Source: a virus
Length of the DNA stretch: 64,000 nucleotides
Reading direction: 5' to 3' (one strand)
Virus record (IMG/VR): IMGVR_UViG_3300020146_000001
In this document: piece by piece, positions 58,901-64,000 of the stretch
Numbering within the stretch: the stretch's first letter is position 1
Layout: every line of letters starts with the position of its first letter
Program-made: the position numbers and the translations under genes
The notes under the pieces: generated by a model
What the model was told of the DNA's origin: nothing
Database searches by the model: none
Seen by the model: only the letters and a program-made list of their open reading frames with translations

Positions 58901-59328
58901 GTGCCTTTGTGTCTGCCGTTTACACGCCTCGTATCCAAAGGTGGCCCACTTGCGCTCTGGTAACGCTACCCGTGTCTGCCGGTAATCCGTTCGCAACCGA
59001 CAGTTACATCGAAGGCCAGATAGACCCTTACGAATACCTTATCAAGCATCCCTCAAACACGTTCTTTGTTCGTGTGACGGGGGATTCGATGATTGACTTG
59101 GGTATTCAGCCGGGGGATTTACTTGTCGTGGATCGCTCTATTGAAGCTCAAAACGGAAAGGTAGTTATTGCGATTCTTGACGGCGAGCTGACTGTGAAAA
59201 AGTTTGAGCTTGCCGGGTCTCACCTCCGACTTGTCCCAGCTAACAGCAATTATCAGCCAATCGTAGTCAAGCCCAACCAGGACTTTGAGGTATGGGGCGT
59301 GGTAACTTTTGTGATTCATAGAGTATAG
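58897..59328 (+). CDS. S24 (LexA/UmuD/CI C-terminal) self-cleaving serine peptidase domain protein
   Basis: Cleavage-site-like VSAG/NP, catalytic Ser in VTGDSMIDLGI and Lys in ELTVKKF. The GTG start forms a GTGA overlap with the upstream stop. Only ~28 aa precede the cleavage site (UmuD-like). Confidence 0.8.
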   Translation: MSAFVSAVYTPRIQRWPTCALVTLPVSAGNPFATDSYIEGQIDPYEYLIKHPSNTFFVRVTGDSMIDLGIQPGDLLVVDRSIEAQNGKVVIAILDGELTVKKFELAGSHLRLVPANSNYQPIVVKPNQDFEVWGVVTFVIHRV

Positions 59329-59500
59329 GTCTCCCCGATCTTAGACAAATTGGCCTCCCACCCACTCACAGGAGAACTCTATTTAATCGTCTTGGAATTT
59401 AATCCATTCTTTCGTTTAGATTTCCGTAACATGCAAAACCCCTTTCTAGGCTGTAAGGTTTTATGACGCAGTAAAATTCAGGCATTAAAGGAGTACACAC

Positions 59501-59746
59501 ATGCTGAATGATTTAATGCGTGCCTTCGGCGCTTCGCTGATAATTTTCCCGCTTTGTGTCATCGTCATGGTCCTGACGTACCCCAAAAGCGTGCGGATTT
59601 GGTGGGTCTGGTTGGTGGCTTACGGCATCGCCTACGTAGCCGGATTCTTTACCGCACTTGTCATACCGATGATAGCGACTTTTTTATTCTGCATATTTCT
59701 ACGCGGGCAAGAAAGTGTGGACTACAAAGGAGACCCTCATGCGTAA
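59501..59746 (+). CDS. Three-TM membrane protein (superinfection-exclusion/moron candidate)
   Basis: 81 aa with an AAAGGAG RBS. It follows an AT-richer spacer downstream of the immunity genes. Confidence 0.55.
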   Translation: MLNDLMRAFGASLIIFPLCVIVMVLTYPKSVRIWWVWLVAYGIAYVAGFFTALVIPMIATFLFCIFLRGQESVDYKGDPHA

Positions 59747-60032
59747 GCTACTCCCACTCCTACTACTCTTCACCCTCGCCTGCTCCAACAACGACACCCC
59801 GGCAAACAAGGCGACGGCCTATGTCGCCAAATCAGGACTCGCCTCGCAAAGCGGCACAGGCCCGACCAGCACGCCCCGCGACGAACGTATCAGAGGCAAC
59901 CGCCGGAGCATGATTTATCACTGGCCCGGATGTCCGAATTATGACGACATCGGCCCGAGCAACAGAGTCTATTTCAAAACTCGTGCCGAGGCTGAAGCCG
60001 CTGGCTATCGAGCCGCAAGAAACTGCGGATAG
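59739..60032 (+). CDS. Lipoprotein with one Ada-Zn-binding-like small Cys domain
   Basis: Start at MRKLLPLLLLFTLAC (lipobox LAC) with an AAGGAG RBS. The C-terminal 53 aa are a paralogue of the C-terminus of 1079-1519. Confidence 0.7.
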   Translation: MRKLLPLLLLFTLACSNNDTPANKATAYVAKSGLASQSGTGPTSTPRDERIRGNRRSMIYHWPGCPNYDDIGPSNRVYFKTRAEAEAAGYRAARNCG

Positions 60033-60057
60033 GCTGGATTTATATAAGAGAGGCCAT

Positions 60058-60438
60058 ATGAGCGAAGGCTATGTAGAGTTTTCCAGAATTAAAGAAGCAC
60101 TAATCAGTGACGACGGTGAAGAGGTTACGCTCACTTGCCAGGGCGGCGACGGCCTTGAGTTCGATATGCAAATCCCGGCTAACGCTATCGGCCAGCTTGT
60201 CAACCAACTGATGATACTTTGGCTGTCGCCCCAACTTAAAGCGTCGGAATCCCCGGAACCGCCACTGCTTCAAGTCACCGATCTTGAGGCTCAGATTTAT
60301 CCGAACGACGTACTTGTGTTGACGATTCAGAATCAGATTGGCTACAAGATTCGCGTCGGATTCGTACCCGAGATGACGGAGAAACTTTTTGGTCTTCTTT
60401 TGCGCGAGGGTAAGTTTCATGGCGACGAAATTCAGTAG
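60058..60438 (+). CDS. Hypothetical protein (126 aa)
   Basis: Internal ATG of ORF 59941-60438, with AGAGAGG upstream. Last gene of the immunity-side operon. Confidence 0.5.
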   Translation: MSEGYVEFSRIKEALISDDGEEVTLTCQGGDGLEFDMQIPANAIGQLVNQLMILWLSPQLKASESPEPPLLQVTDLEAQIYPNDVLVLTIQNQIGYKIRVGFVPEMTEKLFGLLLREGKFHGDEIQ

Positions 60439-60658
60439 CATCCCCTTCGCCACTGATTTCTTTGCTGATGTGAAAGCCCACGCCCCTTCCCTGACCAGTC
60501 CCAAAGTATTCCTCAAATTGCCGCAACTCGTCTTCGGGCATTAGAGCTAAAGCGTAAGCCATCCAACGAAACACCGACATAACCCGCCTGCCTTTCCACT
60601 GAATTTCCGTCCACTTCCTAGCGCCCTGAAAAATTCCTGAAAATCTTTGCCCACCCTA

Positions 60659-60687
60659 TTGACTCCGTATACGGTATACCGTATACT
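60659..60687 (+). promoter_or_regulatory. Rightward early promoter overlapped by two operator copies
   Basis: TTGACT at 60659-60664, a 17-nt spacer, and TATACT at 60682-60687. CCGTATAC occurs at 60665-60672 and 60679-60686, and TATACCGTATAC at 60675-60686. Confidence 0.6.
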
Positions 60688-60793
60688 GCATACCAGCTTA
60701 TGATGTTTTTGGAAATCAAGCAAGCGGGTAAGCTGAAAGATTTTTATCGATGAACTTCCCGCCCGTTAAGGTGGGCGAGCAAGAGGATACGAG

Positions 60794-61051
60794 ATGCGAG
60801 AAGAGAATCAAGAATCGAAGATGACGCAAGCTGAGAAGATTCAACTGACGAAGGAACTCATCAAGCGTTGCCCACGCTCCCGCAGGGACATCAAGCGGGA
60901 TTTGCAAAACACCCTCACCCTTGCCGAGCGGCACGAGATTGAAATCAATGAAGCCGTCTTGCTGCGCCGCAAGGGTGCGATTGACTTAACTATTGGCTGC
61001 ACCACTGGCGACATGCTCGGCGATGACGAAGAAGAAAGCGAGGCGGCGTGA
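60794..61051 (+). CDS. Hypothetical charged protein (85 aa), first gene of the rightward operon
   Basis: AAGAGGATACGAG RBS. Confidence 0.5.
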   Translation: MREENQESKMTQAEKIQLTKELIKRCPRSRRDIKRDLQNTLTLAERHEIEINEAVLLRRKGAIDLTIGCTTGDMLGDDEEESEAA

Positions 61052-61254
61052 TGGCTAAAGAGGAAGGGCTGCCGGAGGGTTTCACCTGTGAGTGCGGCGG
61101 GCATCACCGATTCCCTGCCTATGTTTACGCACACTGGGATACGCGCCTAATACACACCTGCGACGTGTGCGACAGGCAGCACGCAATCATAAGGGGGACG
61201 GTAAGTCTTATTGAACCCCGCCGCCGTGCCGCCCTACCTTCGGAGGTTCAGTGA
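61051..61254 (+). CDS. Cys/His-rich Zn-ribbon protein (67 aa)
   Basis: The ATG overlaps the upstream TGA (TGATG). Contains CECGGHH...CDVCDRQH. Confidence 0.5.
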   Translation: MAKEEGLPEGFTCECGGHHRFPAYVYAHWDTRLIHTCDVCDRQHAIIRGTVSLIEPRRRAALPSEVQ

Positions 61255-61424
61255 TGCAATCCACACAGACTGAGACAGAGATTCCAGACGCCATCAACCT
61301 TGCCGAGTTGAATGTGCAGGAAGCACATCTCGAAAGAGAGACGACTTACGGTCACAGCCTTTGGTGCTGGGGCTGCGCGGCGTGCTGGCCGGAATCCGTT
61401 GAACGTGATTCGGATATTTGGTGA
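61254..61424 (+). CDS. Small Cys/Trp-rich protein (56 aa)
   Basis: Below the track cutoff. TGATG overlap with the upstream stop. Contains LWCWGCAACWPE. Confidence 0.4.
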   Translation: MQSTQTETEIPDAINLAELNVQEAHLERETTYGHSLWCWGCAACWPESVERDSDIW

Positions 61425-61444
61425 AGGAAGCGAGGGCGTAAGCG

Positions 61445-61657
61445 GTGTACGACAAGTTATCTAGTGAAGAAGTTGAGCGCCTCGCTGATTCAATGAAAAG
61501 CAATGGCATGAGTTCCTACGGTGGGAGTGCGCTTGAGGCTTCTATGGGTCGCGCTTCACACGACTTCTTTCAACGCTGTCGAGAGGCGGGCAGGTTCGCC
61601 GTCCGGCGCGAAAACGGCAAGGTTGTCTTGAGTCTCTGCGAAGACGAGGCGGCATGA
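61445..61657 (+). CDS. Hypothetical protein (70 aa)
   Basis: GTG start with GAGGG upstream. Confidence 0.45.
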   Translation: MYDKLSSEEVERLADSMKSNGMSSYGGSALEASMGRASHDFFQRCREAGRFAVRRENGKVVLSLCEDEAA

Positions 61658-61689
61658 AGAAAGCCGTAGTGTAACCATGTCGGCTATTC

Positions 61690-61845
61690 ATGGTCAGAAC
61701 TTACGGCCCGGGAGTGCTTGATGAATTAGAGCAGAGGATGCGGGCGCACACGAAGCAGACGGACGAAGAAATCAAAACTGACATTGAAGAGTATTTGATG
61801 CTGGTCGAGATATTGAAGTCAGAAAGAGATTGCGAGGCAGCATGA
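61690..61845 (+). CDS. Small helical protein (51 aa)
   Basis: Below the track cutoff. Its stop forms an ATGA overlap with the next gene. No clear SD sequence. Confidence 0.3.
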   Translation: MVRTYGPGVLDELEQRMRAHTKQTDEEIKTDIEEYLMLVEILKSERDCEAA

Positions 61846-62453
61846 GCGACGAGCAGAAGCAAAGGCGACAGCTTGACCAAAGGCTGCACGAGAACATTAA
61901 CGAGCGTCAGCGTGCTATTGGCGCGTGGACGGCGGAAGGTCAGGATAAGTTCGAGCATTGGCTCTACGAATCCAGGCGCGTGATGTCGGAGCTTCGCCGC
62001 CTGCCTATCCTGTTTGCCCGAGAGCGCAACGGAGAATTACCGAAGGCTTTCAAATATTGCTCGCTATCACCCGTTGAGCAGTTGCCCGCCGAGAACAAGC
62101 TGGTGTGCTGTCTCGGGCAGGAAGTCCGGGCGTGCGAAATCCTGCGCGACACTTTCAAAAACACGGATGAGTTTCCGCCCGAAGTGATTGACCAAGCGAA
62201 GGCGCACGTCTGCGTCACTCACATTCTGGCCGAAAGCGCAAGGCATTCTATTGATACCTCCGAGGGTTACGTTTTAGACGAGACAGACCGCCAATTCTGG
62301 CAACGTACCTACGCAATCATGGCGATGCCCGAACCTGTTCCGCAGTGTGAAGAGTGCGGCGCAGAAGTCGGCGGCGAAGAGATAGACGACTCCGAAAAGG
62401 TTGGTTCTATTCTCCGCTGCCGTGAATGCTTGGCCAAAGTCGGCATGGTCTGA
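61842..62453 (+). CDS. Hypothetical protein (203 aa) with a C-terminal Cys pair motif
   Basis: Start at MSDEQKQ. Contains CEECG...CRECL. Confidence 0.55.
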   Translation: MSDEQKQRRQLDQRLHENINERQRAIGAWTAEGQDKFEHWLYESRRVMSELRRLPILFARERNGELPKAFKYCSLSPVEQLPAENKLVCCLGQEVRACEILRDTFKNTDEFPPEVIDQAKAHVCVTHILAESARHSIDTSEGYVLDETDRQFWQRTYAIMAMPEPVPQCEECGAEVGGEEIDDSEKVGSILRCRECLAKVGMV

Positions 62454-62552
62454 ATGCGCCACTGCTTGCCCTGCGCGAATTAAATCCGTTTCAGCGCGAG
62501 GGGTTGCGGGTGACGGGGTTTCAACCGGGAAGCCGGAATTACAGGACTCTTT

Positions 62553-62804
62553 ATGGATACCACGTTAGACCAGCGCACGGAAGAAGGGGTCAGGGTTCAG
62601 ATGGCCTGCCGGGAGTGCGGCAACAAAGAGTTCTACCTGCTGACCGTGGTGACTGAGGTCTTCTTCGACCACGACGCCGGGACGCTCTGCTTCAAAGCCC
62701 CGTACTGCATGACCAACCTTGAGGAAGGGTTTACCTGCTTCAAGTGCAACGAGCCTTGTGACGACTTCGAAGGTGTTTGGGATTTCACGGCGACACGTTT
62801 ATGA
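62553..62804 (+). CDS. Zn-ribbon protein (83 aa)
   Basis: Contains CRECG...CFKCNEPC. Confidence 0.5.
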   Translation: MDTTLDQRTEEGVRVQMACRECGNKEFYLLTVVTEVFFDHDAGTLCFKAPYCMTNLEEGFTCFKCNEPCDDFEGVWDFTATRL

Positions 62805-63346
62805 CGGCCTTTAATAACAAGCTTGACGAAGGCAGTAAGACGGAGTGGTGCACGCCAGTCGAGATAGTGCGCGCGCTGGGTACGTTTGAACTCGACCCCT
62901 GTGCCCCTATCATCCCGCCCTACAAACTCGCGGAGCGGACATTCAATATCAACGACGACGGGCTGTCAAAGGAATGGGGGGGGGCACGAGTGTTTTTAAA
63001 TCCTCCATACGATCAGAACCTTTACCGCTGGCTCGGCATGATGTACGCGAACAGCAACGGCATAGCCCTAATCTTCGCGCGGACGGACACGAAATACTTC
63101 CATGACTTCGTGTGGACGGCGAGTGCCGCCCTATTTCTCAGCCGTCGCATCACCTTCCTGCACGTTGACGGGAGCCGGGCCGCAAGGAATAGCGGAGCAC
63201 CTTCGGTCCTAGTCGCCTACGGTGACGACAACGCGCTCGCTTTGAAACAGTGTGGATTGCAAGGCAAGTACCTAGTTCTTAACAAAGGCTTGAAGGCGCG
63301 GGTTGAAGTCGCTCCAGGGCTGGCCCAGTCAGTTTTATTCGGGTAA
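62801..63346 (+). CDS. Phage Dam-type N6-adenine DNA methyltransferase (N6_N4/PF05869-like)
   Basis: Start at MTAFNNK (ATGA overlap). Contains TEWCTPVEIV..FELDPCA and the catalytic VFLNPPYD. Confidence 0.8.
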   Translation: MTAFNNKLDEGSKTEWCTPVEIVRALGTFELDPCAPIIPPYKLAERTFNINDDGLSKEWGGARVFLNPPYDQNLYRWLGMMYANSNGIALIFARTDTKYFHDFVWTASAALFLSRRITFLHVDGSRAARNSGAPSVLVAYGDDNALALKQCGLQGKYLVLNKGLKARVEVAPGLAQSVLFG

Positions 63347-63455
63347 ACGAGTAGGCCACAGGGGGCCGAACGGATGAGCGTTTGGGGGAGACGGCGGACT
63401 AGGGCTTTCGAGGTTCGAGGATGAAACCCACTTGGAGATTGGGAGGTTAATGACG

Positions 63456-63692
63456 ATGAAAAGCAGCGAAGCGCGAAGCATAAATAAAGGCGAGAAGGTG
63501 GCACACAAGCGTTATGGTCTGTGCGTTGTTAAGGACGTCTTGACTTGCGGCAGTTCGCTTTTCGGCCTCGTCTTGACGCCGCAGGATACGGAAGGGCAAT
63601 CACTCCTCGCCGCCGACTGCGGCTGTGATATCCCGGACTACCTTGAAGCTGACCCGCGTACTTTATCAACGCCTGAGCAGCCTTCAACGTAA
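63456..63692 (+). CDS. Hypothetical protein (78 aa)
   Basis: GGGAGG lies 9 nt upstream of ATG 63456. Confidence 0.45.
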   Translation: MKSSEARSINKGEKVAHKRYGLCVVKDVLTCGSSLFGLVLTPQDTEGQSLLAADCGCDIPDYLEADPRTLSTPEQPST

Positions 63693-63782
63693 CTGACTTT
63701 TGAAGCCCTGACCTGTGAACGAGCGCCCGTCATATCTTGAAAGGATTTGGGCAATCGCACCACCGAAGGGAGGTCCGACACG

Positions 63783-63950
63783 ATGGAAGTCAAGCAAGCC
63801 GTAACTGAAGCCGAAGAAACCAAGCAGGAAGATAAGAGGTATGAAGACTGCCCTGATGGATGCGGCGGACATCTTGTCTCTAGCACCGGCGGGGCAATCG
63901 TCTTCTGCTCGAACCGATGCGGCTACGGCTGCTGGTATTCGACGGAATGA
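63783..63950 (+). CDS. Small Cys-rich protein (55 aa)
   Basis: GGGAGG RBS. Contains CPDGCGGH...CSNRCGYGC. Confidence 0.45.
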   Translation: MEVKQAVTEAEETKQEDKRYEDCPDGCGGHLVSSTGGAIVFCSNRCGYGCWYSTE

Positions 63951-64000
63951 ACGACTCCCTTTTCCGCCGACTGCTTTTGCGTGAGGATTTGAAGAAATGA

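Larger units (their letters stand above)
1..64000. mobile_element. Temperate phage/prophage genome segment (P22-like module order). Neither end of the element is defined inside the window.
   Basis: Contiguous terS-terL-portal-scaffold-capsid-neck-tail genes, a replication/recombination module, a divergent repressor/cro-type switch, and a tRNA fragment at the left end. Confidence 0.85.

Noticed and set aside
60275-60580. 101-aa minus-strand ORF (and 60100-60516) between the immunity operon and the rightward promoter
   Set aside because: More than half of it is antisense to the better-supported plus-strand gene 60058-60438 and becomes Arg/Ser-rich there. The SD sequence is weak. A short real gene in 60440-60580 cannot be excluded, but there is no in-frame stop to define it.
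1-64000. CRISPR arrays, integrase/transposase genes, rRNA, toxin-antitoxin pairs
   Set aside because: I saw no regularly spaced direct repeats and no R..H..R..Y or DDE-type recombinase motifs in any ORF of suitable size. I saw no rRNA-like sequence and could not support any recognisable TA pair.

Overview
The whole 64-kb window reads as one temperate phage or prophage. Its module order is P22-like: I saw no tape-measure, tube or sheath genes. From about 2.2 to 58.4 kb there is one almost uninterrupted minus-strand gene array. In transcription order it runs as follows. (1) A cro-like RHH gene. (2) Early, recombination and replication genes: MT-A70 methylase, NinB-like, SSB-like, HNH, ParB-like, SF2 helicase, Toprim primase, HNH. 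(3) A block of small genes and membrane proteins that looks like a lysis cassette. (4) A sigma70-region-4 fusion protein coupled to a 1738-aa M23-peptidase giant protein. (5) terS and terL. (6) Eleven small ORFs. (7) Portal, scaffold, major capsid, duplicated neck/adaptor genes, tail hub, fibres and tailspike. Short plus-strand islands interrupt this array at 46.0-47.2 kb and 56.17-56.34 kb. Right of 58.4 kb lies a divergent plus-strand immunity operon (RHH protein plus S24 LexA/UmuD-type peptidase, then membrane and lipoprotein morons). It is followed by a second plus-strand early operon with its own consensus promoter (Dam-type methylase, many small Cys-rich proteins). The left end carries a 3' fragment of a tRNA-Lys(CTT)-like gene (probable att core) and accessory genes. 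I saw no integrase, rRNA, CRISPR array, transposase or reverse transcriptase. The observations I rate highest are: an isolated RpoD-type sigma region 4 fused to a large structural-module protein; a TPR protein paired with an unannotated exported pre-peptide gene near the lysis-lysogeny switch; a two-RHH/S24 genetic switch with CCGTATAC operators and a possible -1 frameshift fusion; and a self-contained plus-strand moron island. All domain calls are by-eye motif recognition. No searches, alignment programs or folding tools were run, and start codons are often uncertain.
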